Made by a program: the position numbers and the translations under genes. The notes under the pieces are model-generated. The model was not told where the DNA came from and made no database searches. It worked only from the letters and a program-made list of their open reading frames with translations. Of a DNA stretch of 64,000 nt, positions 18,370 through 27,795 are shown piece by piece. Source of the stretch: an uncultured Chloroflexia bacterium (GTDB lineage: Bacteria > Chloroflexota > Limnocylindria > Limnocylindrales > CSP1-4); NCBI GenBank assembly GCA_963776285.1, contig CAVZLW010000007.1:185415-249414 (forward strand). The letters are read 5' to 3'. Within the stretch, counting starts at the first letter, position 1; every line of letters starts with the position of its first letter.

Positions 18370-18918
18370 CTACGACACCGGCACGCGCGCGAGCGCGAGC
18401 GCCGGGTTGGCCATCTCCATCAGCGACACGCCGATGCCGTACGTCAGGAACCGCCCTTCGGGCACGAGCTCGATGACGCAGCTTCCGGCCTTTCGCGCCT
18501 CGGGCACGAGCTTCTCGAGGTCCTTCGACACCGAGCCGATGTCGAGCGAGCCGGCCGGGTGGACCGTCGCCCTGGCGTGGAAGGTGATGGTGGCCGGCGG
18601 GATGGGCGCAAGCAGCGCGAGGATGCCGCCGCGACGGACCGGCACGGTGACGGCGACCTGCTGGCCGGTCACGACCTGGCGCGCCTTCCAGCCATCCGCG
18701 GCGACTGCCACGAACAGCCGCCGGTTGGCGGTCCCGTACACGACACCGCTCGAGCGCGGCTCGCCCGCGGCGTTGACGTGGCTGACGACGGCGAACGAGG
18801 CCCTGGCGAGCGCCCGCCAGACCGCCTCGCTGCTCACGCGGGCCCTCTCGGTCGCAGTCTCGTTCGCTGCCGCGGCGGACGTGGTCGCCGGCAGCGCGCT
18901 CGTTCCGTTGGCGTTCAT
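18370..18918 (-). CDS. Pyridoxamine 5'-phosphate oxidase-family (F420/FMN-binding split-barrel) protein
   Basis: The core AVWRALARASFAVVSHVNAAGEPRSSGVVYG...RRLFVAVAADGWKARQV is PPOX-like. The Ala/Thr-rich N-terminal 25 aa may be N-terminal to the true start. Confidence 0.65.
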   Translation of the reverse strand: MNANGTSALPATTSAAAANETATERARVSSEAVWRALARASFAVVSHVNAAGEPRSSGVVYGTANRRLFVAVAADGWKARQVVTGQQVAVTVPVRRGGILALLAPIPPATITFHARATVHPAGSLDIGSVSKDLEKLVPEARKAGSCVIELVPEGRFLTYGIGVSLMEMANPALALARVPVS

Positions 18919-19077
18919 CGACGATGTCTCCAGCCCGGGTCACGGGGCGTCGCTCCTGCTCCGCCGTCGCATGACCCTCTCCCACCCTGCGGCTCAACCG
19001 CCACCCGGCGCATCCATCGTTGGACGGACGCGCTGGTTGGTTCTGGGGGGCGGGAGGAGAATGCGAAGCCCGAGGGC

Positions 19078-21231
19078 TCAGCCGAGCAGGCCGAGCTCCC
19101 GGCCCCGGGCAACAGCCTCGACCCGGTTCGCGGCCCCGAGCTTGCCCGAGATCGTGTGAAGGTGCGACTTGACGGTGCCCACGGTCACGAAGAGCTCTGC
19201 CGCGACCTGGCTGTTGGACCGCCCGAGGGCGACCAGGCGCAGGACCTCGAGCTCGCGCGCGGTGAGCTCCTCGACGAGAGGGTCGGGACCTTCGCCCTCG
19301 CGGCGACGGGGCTCGCGGCCGGCGTTCGCGAGCAGCGGGCCGATGCGCGCGAGCGTCGCCTGGGCGAGCCGCGCGCTCGGCGCGTCGCCGGCCGCTGTTG
19401 CGAGCTCGAGGGCGCGACGCGCGGCGGCCTCGGCGAGCTGGGGCTGCCCGAGATCGGCCCGGGCGCTGGCCATGACGGCCCAGACCGCTGCGCTGTCGGT
19501 CGCGCCCGACTCCCTCGGGGTCCGCTCGAGCTCCGCCTGGCACAGTCGGGCCGCCCGCTCGGGATCGCCGCGCATGATCGCGATCCTTGCCAGGTCGCCG
19601 ATCGTGCGCCCCACCGCGAGCGCGTTGCCGGCGGCCCGCAGGTCGGGCAGCGCGGCTTCGTAGGCCTCGGCAGCCGCGTCGAGGTCGCCGGCACGGATCA
19701 GCGCCACGCCGAGCAGCGCCGCGGCCGTGCCATGCAGCGTCGCCGCGGCGTCCTCCGGGAGCCCGGCAGGGACGAGGTCGCGCGCGAGGCGCGCCTGCGC
19801 GATCGCGGTGGCGCTGTCCCCTTCGAGCCCGGCGAGCTGCGAGCGGAGGAGAGCGAGCTGGGTGGGAATCGCCGGCCGCATCATCGGACCGCCGTCGTGC
19901 CCGTCGGCGAGCGCGCGTTCGGCGTCGGCGAGCCGCTCGGCGACTCCCTCGGTCTCGCCGGCGAGGAGAAGGCACCAGGCGTACGAGGCGCTGAGCTGGG
20001 CATGGCCGCGGACGACCTCCGGCGGCAGGGCGTCGAGCCACCGCCGGACCGTGCTCAGCTCGCCCGCATTGACGTGCCGTCCCGAGGCGACCGCGACGAT
20101 CCGGCTCGTGCGCTCGAGATCGCCGGACCGCAGCGCGTGGTCGATCGCCTCGTCGTCATCTCCGCGCTCCTCGTGCCAGGCCGACGCTCGCGCGTGCAGC
20201 TCGGCGACCTCGTCGGGACGGAGCGTCCGAAGCCGAGCGCGGAGAATCCCGGCGAAGAGCGCGTGATAGCGGTACCAGCGTCGCTCGTCGTCGAGCGGGG
20301 TGATCAGGAGGTTTGCGCGCTCCAGCCCTTCGAGGCGCGCCTGGCCCCCGGGCTCCCCCGTCACCGCCTCGCACAGCGGACCGCACAGGCGGTCGAGGAT
20401 CGAGGTGCGCAGGAGGAACTCCTGGGAGTCGCGCGGCAACCCGGCCAGGACCTCCTCGACGACGTAGTCGAGGATGTAGCGGTGGCTGGCCCCGAACCGC
20501 CGCACCAGGTCGGCATGATCGGGTCGGCCGCGCAGGGAGACCGCTGCCAGCCGCAGCGCCGCGGCCCACCCCTCGGTTCGGTCGGTGAGCTCGTCGATCT
20601 CCGACGGGGGGAGGTCAACCCCGGACGAGCGGACGAGCGAGGCAGCTTCGGCCGCGGTGAAGCGAAGGTGGTCCGCGCGGACTTCGAGGAGCTCGCCGCG
20701 GGCACGCAGGCGCGCCAGCGGAAGCGGCGGGTCGGCCCGGGTGGCGATCGCGAGACGGGCCCCGGGCGGGAGACGCTCGACGAGCGCCGCGACGAATCCG
20801 TGGATGGCCGCTTCGTCGATCACGTGGTAGTCGTCCAGCACCACGACGGCGCCGCCTCCTGCAGCGGCGAGGCGGTCGAGGACGTGGGCCAGGGCCAGCT
20901 CGGGATCGAAGGACCCGGCGTCGAACGCCCCCGTGTCCGCCCGTTCGCCGGCGAGCTGTGCCGTGGCCGCCGCGAGATAGCGCGCGAACCGGACGATGTC
21001 GTTGTCGCGCGCGTCCAGCGAGACCCACGCGCCCCGGACGTCCGGCTGACCCAGCCAGTCGGCGAGCAGGGTGCTCTTGCCGAACCCGGCGGGCGCCGAG
21101 ACGAGCACGAGTCGAGCGCCGGCGGAGGTGTCGAGCTGCGTCCGCAGCCGCTCGCGGTCGACGTGGCGCGTGCCTCGCGCCTGGACGCCGAGCTTCGTCG
21201 TGATCAGGGCATCTCGCCCTGGCATCTCCAT
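19078..21231 (-). CDS. Large LuxR-family (MalT/LAL-type) regulator: AAA/P-loop NTPase, helical repeats and C-terminal LuxR HTH
   Basis: Walker A LVLVSAPAGFGKSTLL. C-terminal LTARELEVLRLVALGRSNSQVAAELFVTVGTVKSHLHTISGKLG. Confidence 0.85.
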   Translation of the reverse strand: MEMPGRDALITTKLGVQARGTRHVDRERLRTQLDTSAGARLVLVSAPAGFGKSTLLADWLGQPDVRGAWVSLDARDNDIVRFARYLAAATAQLAGERADTGAFDAGSFDPELALAHVLDRLAAAGGGAVVVLDDYHVIDEAAIHGFVAALVERLPPGARLAIATRADPPLPLARLRARGELLEVRADHLRFTAAEAASLVRSSGVDLPPSEIDELTDRTEGWAAALRLAAVSLRGRPDHADLVRRFGASHRYILDYVVEEVLAGLPRDSQEFLLRTSILDRLCGPLCEAVTGEPGGQARLEGLERANLLITPLDDERRWYRYHALFAGILRARLRTLRPDEVAELHARASAWHEERGDDDEAIDHALRSGDLERTSRIVAVASGRHVNAGELSTVRRWLDALPPEVVRGHAQLSASYAWCLLLAGETEGVAERLADAERALADGHDGGPMMRPAIPTQLALLRSQLAGLEGDSATAIAQARLARDLVPAGLPEDAAATLHGTAAALLGVALIRAGDLDAAAEAYEAALPDLRAAGNALAVGRTIGDLARIAIMRGDPERAARLCQAELERTPRESGATDSAAVWAVMASARADLGQPQLAEAAARRALELATAAGDAPSARLAQATLARIGPLLANAGREPRRREGEGPDPLVEELTARELEVLRLVALGRSNSQVAAELFVTVGTVKSHLHTISGKLGAANRVEAVARGRELGLLG

Positions 21232-21469
21232 CCGGCGATCGGCCTCAGCTACGGGCGTCGGGACGGCACAGGCCTCCGGAAGTGTCCCGGCGGCGAACGC
21301 GTTCGCCCAGAGCCGTTCGACGCGACTTCACCCGAACCTTTGCCCAGGCGGGCCTCTTCGACGTTTCAACCACCCGGTCCATCCGCGGATAGATGTGCCG
21401 GCCGTTGGTTGAGCCCCACGCTCCGTGATGAGATCCGGCAGCACAAGACCGGAGCATGCGAGGTCCCCG

Positions 21470-21715
21470 ATGGCTCATTCGGTCCGCTACCAGGTCCGCG
21501 TGCGAGTGCAAGGGGAGCTCGATCCCGCCTGGTCGAGCGTGCTCTCGGATCTCGCCGTGGCGGCCGAGCCCGACGGAACGACGCTCGTCAGCGGGGAGCT
21601 GGCCGACCAGGCCGCAGTCCATGGGCTCCTCGCCGCGATCCGGGACCTCGGCCTGTCGCTCGTCACCGTCGAGACCGTCGCCGTCCCAGCGCCACAACCT
21701 CACGGAAGCACGTGA
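21470..21715 (+). CDS. 81-aa conserved hypothetical protein (paralogue B of 1261..1506)
   Basis: ATG with GAGG 9 nt upstream. Shares the GTT(L/V)..G...DQAA(L/V)HGLLA.(I/V)RD.GL.L(V/T)(S/T)V core with the ORF at 1261..1506. It is divergent from the LuxR gene. Confidence 0.6.
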   Translation: MAHSVRYQVRVRVQGELDPAWSSVLSDLAVAAEPDGTTLVSGELADQAAVHGLLAAIRDLGLSLVTVETVAVPAPQPHGST

Positions 21716-21779
21716 TGGCGCCCTTGGCACGCGCTCAGCCTCCCAAGCCCTCCATGAGGTGGCGCGCCGTCGGCGCCGC

Positions 21780-22916
21780 TCATGGGACGGGGAGATCCGG
21801 GGCAGCCGGGGGCGTCGAAAGCTGGACCGGCCGGCCCATGAAGGCACCATATGCTCGCGCGGCCTCACCGAGCTCCTCGAGCACGTCGGCGGACAGGCGG
21901 CCGAACGGGATCGGGTCGACGACGATGTCCCTGGGCCTGATCGTCCGCCGCCATGTCCCTGCGACCTCGCCGTCCACGACGATCGTCGGCTTGAACATCC
22001 CGTTGCCGCCCGGGACGATCGCGGCGGCGTGCTCCGGCGCCAGGGCGGCCGTCCGGTCGCCGTAGCCGAGCAGGTACTCGTCAAACCCCGGCAGGAGGTG
22101 AACCCGGCCGGGCGGCGCGGCAAGGTCCAGGGTCTCCGGGGCGAGGTGGTAGGTCACGCCCTCGAGCTCGACGCTCGCGAGCCGGCTCCCCGCGATGGCG
22201 AGCCCGCTCCGCACGTCGCGCACGGTCAGCCCCGACCAGCGGACGAGGTCCCTCACCGTGGCGGGTCCGTGGCTCCGGTAGTACCGGAGAGTGAGCTCGC
22301 CGAGCGCCTCGTCGCGGTCGAGCCGCCGTGGATCGGACACCCAGTCCTCGAGCAGGGCGAAGGTCTGCCCGCGCCCATCCGACGCGCCCAGGACGAGCGT
22401 GCCGGTCTGCGCGAGGTACCACAGGAGGTGATACCCGCGTTGTCCCCGGGTGCTGACGCCGGCGGTGTCGAACGCGGCAAGGAGCGCCTCGCGCGGCATC
22501 GTCCTGCGGCCCGCCAGTGCATCGACCGCGATGGCCCGCGCCCGGTCCACGTCCGCGCCGGTGATCCCGAGGGCGGCGCGTCTCGCCGCCGCCGAGGCGA
22601 GGGCGCGCGACGCCGTGAGCTCCAGCATCCATCCCAGGTCGTCGGCGGCCACCAGGTGCAGCGTCCCGCGCAGCGGCCAGGACCGCACGATCTCGCCCGC
22701 GTCGCAGGCCGCCTCCACGCCTGCCTCGGTCGCGCCCGCGAAGCGGAGACCGACCGACCATTTCGCGCCCGGGAAATCCTGGGCCTGCATGCCCAGCATC
22801 CAGCGGACGGCCTCCGCCGCCGTCGCGGACTCGCCCGTCCCCAGGCGCTGGGCGGCGAGGCGCAGGCGGGTGATGCGCCGGCGACTCGGGTTGGCGGCAG
22901 CGCCTGGCATGGGCAC
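21780..22916 (-). CDS. Winged-helix YcaQ/AlkZ-family (DUF1006) DNA glycosylase-like protein
   Basis: 378 aa with the family-typical pattern (RLAAQRLG...AVRWMLGMQAQDFPGAKWSVGLR...LHLVAADDLGWM...EYLLGYGDR). Confidence 0.7.
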   Translation of the reverse strand: MPMPGAAANPSRRRITRLRLAAQRLGTGESATAAEAVRWMLGMQAQDFPGAKWSVGLRFAGATEAGVEAACDAGEIVRSWPLRGTLHLVAADDLGWMLELTASRALASAAARRAALGITGADVDRARAIAVDALAGRRTMPREALLAAFDTAGVSTRGQRGYHLLWYLAQTGTLVLGASDGRGQTFALLEDWVSDPRRLDRDEALGELTLRYYRSHGPATVRDLVRWSGLTVRDVRSGLAIAGSRLASVELEGVTYHLAPETLDLAAPPGRVHLLPGFDEYLLGYGDRTAALAPEHAAAIVPGGNGMFKPTIVVDGEVAGTWRRTIRPRDIVVDPIPFGRLSADVLEELGEAARAYGAFMGRPVQLSTPPAAPDLPVP

Positions 22917-22985
22917 AGTATCGGGCAGGGCGCACCGTCAGCCGGGCGAGCTCACGCGCTCCGTCGGCAGCGCCCTCGGTCCGGC

Positions 22986-23405
22986 TCAGGTCCGCCCGGG
23001 AAGCAGCCCCAGCTGGCTCATCATCGACAGCCCGTCGTACTGGTGCCAGTGTTCGGCGATCCTGCCGTCGGCGATCCGGAAGATGTGGATCTCGCCGATC
23101 GAGTAAGCACGGTTCGTCGCCGGGATGCCCATGAACGGACCGACGTGGCGGGCCCTCGCTGTGACGCGGACGACGACGCGGTCGCCTTCGGCGATCATGT
23201 CCTCGATCGTCCAGTCGGGCTCGGCCAGCCCGGTCGACACGCGCTGGATGGCGGCCTTGAGGTCGGCCTTGCCGTCGCCCGTGGATGGCCAGGTGTGCGG
23301 GACGAAGTCGTCGGCAAGGAGCTCGTCGACCGCCTGGAAGCTCCCCCCGATGAACACCTCTGCGACGAACCGCCGCACGAGGGCCTTGTTCTCCTCGACC
23401 GTCAT
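22986..23405 (-). CDS. SnoaL-like / ester cyclase family protein
   Basis: MTVEENKALVRRFVAEVFIGGSF...YSIGEIHIFRIADGRIAEHW. This is the second member of the family in the window. Confidence 0.7.
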   Translation of the reverse strand: MTVEENKALVRRFVAEVFIGGSFQAVDELLADDFVPHTWPSTGDGKADLKAAIQRVSTGLAEPDWTIEDMIAEGDRVVVRVTARARHVGPFMGIPATNRAYSIGEIHIFRIADGRIAEHWHQYDGLSMMSQLGLLPGRT

Positions 23406-23511
23406 GGCGCGACCCTTCACGATGCCTGGCGACCACAGCGGCCACATGGTGCCATGGTCCGGCGTCCCTCGAGCTTCGAGCCGATGCCCGAGCAGGAGGG
23501 CCGGCGGCGGA

Positions 23512-23850
23512 CTACCCCGCGCTCCCGAGGCCCTGTGCAGCCGCGCGGGCAAGGCTGGGCCACGCGCCGGCCTGCTCGAGCGGGACGCGCACCCACGCCT
23601 TCATCGGCCGTCCCCTTCCCGACGGATCGAAGAGCACGGCACCGGGGAGAGCGAACGCCGCGGCGTGCGCCTCGCCATCGAGCTTGAAGACCATCGCGTC
23701 GCCGAACAGGCCCGCGAAGGCCTTGCCGCCGAGGTACAGGGTCGGCATCCCCATCATCTTGCCGTCCGTCGCGCCGAGCATCTGGGCGAGCTCGGCGGCG
23801 ACCTGCGCGTAGCGCCCCTGGGCGTCGGCCGAAGCGATCGGACGATCCAT
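23512..23850 (-). CDS. TfoX/Sxy N-terminal-domain family protein
   Basis: RBS GGAGGAG. MPTLYLGGKAFAGLFGDAMVFKLDGEAHAAAFALPGAVLFDPSGRGRPMKAWVRVP matches the TfoX_N pattern (RMFGG.AF.VNGKM..GV.GD.LMVR....RPFDFTGRPMKGWV). Confidence 0.6.
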   Translation of the reverse strand: MDRPIASADAQGRYAQVAAELAQMLGATDGKMMGMPTLYLGGKAFAGLFGDAMVFKLDGEAHAAAFALPGAVLFDPSGRGRPMKAWVRVPLEQAGAWPSLARAAAQGLGSAG

Positions 23851-24251
23851 GCTCACTCCTCCAGGATCAGCTTGACCCTGTCGAGGGCCGCGACCTCGGT
23901 TTCGCACCAGGCACAGGGGCCGCATGTCTCGAGGCTCTGCCGATCGATCATCCACCCCTCGTCGACTGTCGACAAGCCCTCGCGTCCCCTCGCTGCCACC
24001 ATGCTCGTGGTGACGCTCATGCTGGCACCGGCGCTCGTCGCGATGACCGCGTTCCAGCTCGCCGCGGGCATCACCTTCACGCCCGGCGAGGTGATCGGCC
24101 CGATCGTGTCGCTCACCGTCATCGGCCCCGTCGGAATGGTGCTGGCGGCGGTCCTCCTCCGCGATGTCGGTGACAGGCGGGGGATCGCGATCGTCGGGTG
24201 ACGGCCCCCGAACATCGCTGGCCGTGGGCCGCCGAGGTCACCGCGTGCATC

Positions 24252-25253
24252 TCAGGGTTTGGTCGACCCGCTCAACGTCTGCTCCGGTAGGACCTTGACG
24301 GTGATCGTCGTGCTCGCCCCCTGGCCCTGGAGGTCGGCCAGGAGGGCCGACATCGGCGGCAGCGTCCCATCGCCTCCGATCTCGGAGTCCACGTTGCCAT
24401 CGGTCGCGGCGACGGTGATGACCCGGTAGTTCGTCCCCGTCAGCCAGGTCGTGAGGGCATCGCCGGCCTGCTGCTCCAGGCGGTAGTCGACCAGGACCCG
24501 GTAGCTGGTGATCCCGAGGGGCAGGATCACCACGACGAGCGCGATCACGATGACCAGGCCCGCCGTCCGCCTGGCTGCCCTGCTCGCCTGCTGGCGGGCG
24601 ACCGTCCCGTAGCCCAAGAGCGCGAGGAGCACGACGCCGGCCAGCACGATCGCCACGAAGTTCGTGAAGAAGAGGAGGAACGCGCCGCCGGCAAGCCCCG
24701 CCTGGCCATCGGCGAGGAGGATGCCGGCCGCGGCCAGCGGGGGGACCAGCGAGACCGCGATGGCCACCCCGGGGAGGGCATCCGAGACGTCCTCGCGGCC
24801 GAGGGCGAACGCCCCGGCGGCGCCTGCCGCGAGCGCGACGACCAGGTCGAGGAGGCGAGGGGCGGTCCGGGCGAGGATCTCCGGGGTGATACTGCCTCCG
24901 GTGAGCGCGATCCGCGACATCAGGGCCGCGGTCGCCATCACGAAGACGACGCCGACCGCCACGATGGCCACCGAGCGGACGATGTTGCGCCCGTCGCCGA
25001 TCAGGATGGCCAGGGATGTCGCCATCATCGGCGTCATGAGCGGGGCCACGATCATCGCCCCGATGATGACCGCCGAGGAGTTCCCGATGAGCCCGCCCGC
25101 CGCGATGACCGTGGCGAGGAACAGGAGCACGAAGAACTTCACCAGGCGGTCGGCGACGGGGGGCCGGCCGTACAGGAGCTTGTCCTCGAGGACCTCGAGG
25201 TTTGCCGGGAGCGGCAGGCCTCCGTGCAGCAGGCTGGCGATCCGCGTGAGCAT
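24252..25253 (-). CDS. DUF389 (TIGR00341) family membrane protein
   Basis: 333 aa, multi-TM, with the characteristic IIGAMIVAPLMTPMMATSLAIL segment. Confidence 0.8.
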   Translation of the reverse strand: MLTRIASLLHGGLPLPANLEVLEDKLLYGRPPVADRLVKFFVLLFLATVIAAGGLIGNSSAVIIGAMIVAPLMTPMMATSLAILIGDGRNIVRSVAIVAVGVVFVMATAALMSRIALTGGSITPEILARTAPRLLDLVVALAAGAAGAFALGREDVSDALPGVAIAVSLVPPLAAAGILLADGQAGLAGGAFLLFFTNFVAIVLAGVVLLALLGYGTVARQQASRAARRTAGLVIVIALVVVILPLGITSYRVLVDYRLEQQAGDALTTWLTGTNYRVITVAATDGNVDSEIGGDGTLPPMSALLADLQGQGASTTITVKVLPEQTLSGSTKP

Positions 25254-25783
25254 GCTCCCTCACCTCCGACCCGATCCGTCTCCCGGTGAGTCGCCGTCGT
25301 CCATCCGCCGGCGGCGCCTCCCGACGAGCATCATGCCCTGCCCGATCGGCGGCTGCGTCGGCGCTGGGCACTCGGTGCTCCGCACATACCCCGACGGGAG
25401 CGCGACCGAGCGCGATGGCGCATTCGGCGGGTTCGTGCAGCACCGGTTGCCAGCAGGCCGAGCGTGGCGACACGCTGGACCGCCTCGGAGCTGAGCGGTC
25501 TGCTCGATGGCGCGCGTCCGGCAGTCGCCGGCGGCGATGGCAACCACGAATGCCCGGCCGAGTCCCGCGGCGGCGTGGTCGACGGCGGACGGCGGCGCGA
25601 CGGCGCCGGTGGGGGGTGCAAGGTCGAGCATGGTCCTGACTCCTGCCCTGCAATCCCGTGCCAGGACCCTGGGTCGTCCGCGGCCCTGCCAGCCACCGCA
25701 GGACGACGGGGTTTTCGGACGGCGCTCATGGAGCCCGCTCGCTCGGCGCCCGGCGCTGGAGCGGCGGAGTGGACCTGGACGCC

Positions 25784-26179
25784 TCAGCTCCCCTCCGCCT
25801 GCACCGACAGCCCCGCGGCGGTCCACGCCTCGAATCCACCGATCACGTCGGCCACGCTCGCAAAGCCGAGGTCGCGCAGGGTCGCTGCGGCGAGGCTCGA
25901 GGAGTAGCCGTGAGCGCAGATGAGGATCACCGGGCGGGTGAGGTCGGAGAAGGCGGGATCGTCGTAGCCCGAGCTCGGATCGAGCCGCCAGAACAGGACC
26001 GAGAGAGGGACATGGACCGAGCCCGGGATGGTCCCCGTCGCACGACGGTCGTCGCTGCAGCGCGTGTCCACCAGGAGCGCGCCCTCGGCCATCGCGCGAT
26101 GGGCAGCCTCGGGGGATAGGCGCTCGATCCGACCCCGTGCGGCCCCGAGCAGGCCGTCGATCGTCTGTCGCTCGCTCAT
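25784..26179 (-). CDS. Rhodanese-like sulfurtransferase domain protein
   Basis: RBS GGGAGGGGG. 132 aa. The active-site loop is ICAHGYSSSLAAATL (Cys-containing CxGxxR-like). Confidence 0.75.
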   Translation of the reverse strand: MSERQTIDGLLGAARGRIERLSPEAAHRAMAEGALLVDTRCSDDRRATGTIPGSVHVPLSVLFWRLDPSSGYDDPAFSDLTRPVILICAHGYSSSLAAATLRDLGFASVADVIGGFEAWTAAGLSVQAEGS

Positions 26180-26339
26180 CGCCCCCTCCCGATGCACGCT
26201 CATGATCGCCGCATCGTGACAGCGTACAGGCGCCGCGGCAGCCTCCCTTCCGCGTCGTCGGCGACCTCGACGGAGTGCCATCCTTCGGCGAGGCGCCCGA
26301 CGTGCGCGCGGGGCAGCGGGCGCTGCGCCCGACCTCGCG

Positions 26340-26918
26340 TCAGCCTGGGGTGCGCTCATTGCGGGCGGCCGCCTCCGCGACTCTCGTGATCCGCGCCGCC
26401 CGAGTCTCGGGTCGCCGCGCGACCGCGATCCAGCCGAGCAGCATCCTTCGCGTCGAGGCGGGGAACGCCGCGAAGTTGACCTCGGCGTGCGGGCGGTTCT
26501 CGAGGGCCGTCGCGAGGTCGTCCGGTACCTCCAACCGCTCGGCGCTATCCAGGATCTCCCAGGATCCGTTCGCCTTCGCCCGGCGGATTGCGGCGAGGCC
26601 CGCCGGAGCCATCCGTCCCTCGCGGATCAGGCGCTCGACGCGCGCCTTGTTGGACGCCGCCCACACGCTGCGCGGCTTGCGCGGCGCGAAGTAGAGCTTG
26701 CCGCGCTCGTCGTCCACGTTGCCGCCGGTGCTGTCCACCCAGCCGAAGCACAGGGCTTCCTCGACGGCCGCCTCGTAATCGAGGCCGACTCGGCCGGACC
26801 GCGGCCGCCAGGTCACCAGCCAGGCGCCACGGACGGTCGCGTGGTTCGCCTCCAGCCATGCCCGCCACGTGGCGCGATCGTCGGCGTGGACGTGCGGCGC
26901 ATCGTCGAGGACGGACAT
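26340..26918 (-). CDS. YdeI/OmpD-associated (DUF1905/DUF1801-like) family protein
   Basis: WRAWLEANHATVRGAWLVTWRP...AVEEALCFGWVDST...GKLYFAPRKPRSVW. Confidence 0.7.
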   Translation of the reverse strand: MSVLDDAPHVHADDRATWRAWLEANHATVRGAWLVTWRPRSGRVGLDYEAAVEEALCFGWVDSTGGNVDDERGKLYFAPRKPRSVWAASNKARVERLIREGRMAPAGLAAIRRAKANGSWEILDSAERLEVPDDLATALENRPHAEVNFAAFPASTRRMLLGWIAVARRPETRAARITRVAEAAARNERTPG

Positions 26919-27010
26919 GCTCCGAGTCTAGTGCCGCCGCATGCCGGTGCGCGACGGGCGAGCGCCCGCCCGGCACGCGGGGATCGTGCCGGGCGACGCT
27001 TGACTCCGAG

Positions 27011-27658
27011 CTAGGCGGCCAGGCTGGTCGCAGGGGCGCCGACGAGCACGAACGCGGTCCGCCAGTCGCCGCCGTCGATGAGCTGCAGGCGGATGTTCAG
27101 CCAGGCGACCGCCTCGAGCTCGCGCGCTGCGGAGAGCGGGCCGACCAGGACGGGGCGGAAGCCGATGGAGGAGGCGAGCTCGGCCACGGTGGCTGAAGCG
27201 ACGTCGTCGTCGGTGGCGTAGAGGGCGTCGAGCGTCGTGCCGTGCGTCGTCGGGTCCGCCTGGACAGCGCCGAAGATCGTGTTGAAGGCCTTCGCGACGT
27301 GCGCCTCGGGGAGGAGCCCGGCCACCCGTTCGGCCACGGAAGGCCCGCCGACGTTCGCCAGCCCGGAGTAGTCGGGCTTGAGCGGGTTCGTCGCGTCGAT
27401 GACCACCTTGCCCGCGGCGACGGGGCGAATGTCCGCGACGACGGCCTCGACCTCGCCCGAGGGGACGGCGAGGACGATGGCCTCGGCCTCGCGCGCGGCG
27501 TCGGCGGTCGTCGGGGCCGCGGAGCCACCGAGGTCGCTCGAGACCTGCTCCGTCTTCTTCGCGTTGCGGCCCGCGAACGTGACCTCGTGGCCGGCTCGCA
27601 TGAACGATCCGCCGAGCGCCTGACCGACGTTCCCGGTGCCGATGATCGCGATCTTCAT
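27011..27658 (-). CDS. fno: NADPH-dependent F420 reductase
   Basis: MKIAIIGTGNVGQALGGSFMRAGHEVTFAGR. Rossmann fold with the typical Fno/NpdG family pattern. Confidence 0.8.
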   Translation of the reverse strand: MKIAIIGTGNVGQALGGSFMRAGHEVTFAGRNAKKTEQVSSDLGGSAAPTTADAAREAEAIVLAVPSGEVEAVVADIRPVAAGKVVIDATNPLKPDYSGLANVGGPSVAERVAGLLPEAHVAKAFNTIFGAVQADPTTHGTTLDALYATDDDVASATVAELASSIGFRPVLVGPLSAARELEAVAWLNIRLQLIDGGDWRTAFVLVGAPATSLAA

Positions 27659-27713
27659 GATGTGCTTCCCTGTCCTTCTCGCGAGCCGCGTCTGACTCTT
27701 GACGTGTGTCTGT

Positions 27714-27788
27714 TGGCAAACCACTATTGCCACTGAGCGAAGTCTCCCACGACTTCGTCCGGAGGTCAAGTATCTTGTCTGAAGACAA
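27714..27788. promoter_or_regulatory. Two inverted repeats (operator candidates) in the fno / XRE-cupin regulator divergent promoter region
   Basis: TGGCAA-N7-TTGCCA at 27714-27732 and the perfect TTGTCT-GA-AGACAA at 27775-27788, 7 nt before the regulator start codon. A TTGACG -35-like hexamer lies at 27697-27702. Confidence 0.35.
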
Positions 27789-27795
27789 AGCAGGG

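Noticed and set aside
18229-22065. 1278-aa ORF on the + strand
   Set aside because: It is antisense to the well-supported LuxR regulator gene. The product is extremely Arg/Gly/Pro-rich and low-complexity, which is the typical shadow ORF of a high-GC genome.
24004-24201. 66-aa two-TM ORF on + strand (MLVVTLMLAPALVAMTAFQLAAG...)
   Set aside because: It has no convincing RBS and overlaps an equally plausible minus-strand ORF, so coding status is undecidable from sequence alone.
25254-25783. Possible gene remnant between DUF389 and rhodanese genes (minus-strand MLDLAPPTGAVAPPSAVDHAAAGLGRAFVVAIAAGDC...)
   Set aside because: Only ~40 aa look protein-like before the frame degenerates into Arg/Pro-rich sequence. 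There is no family match I can support.
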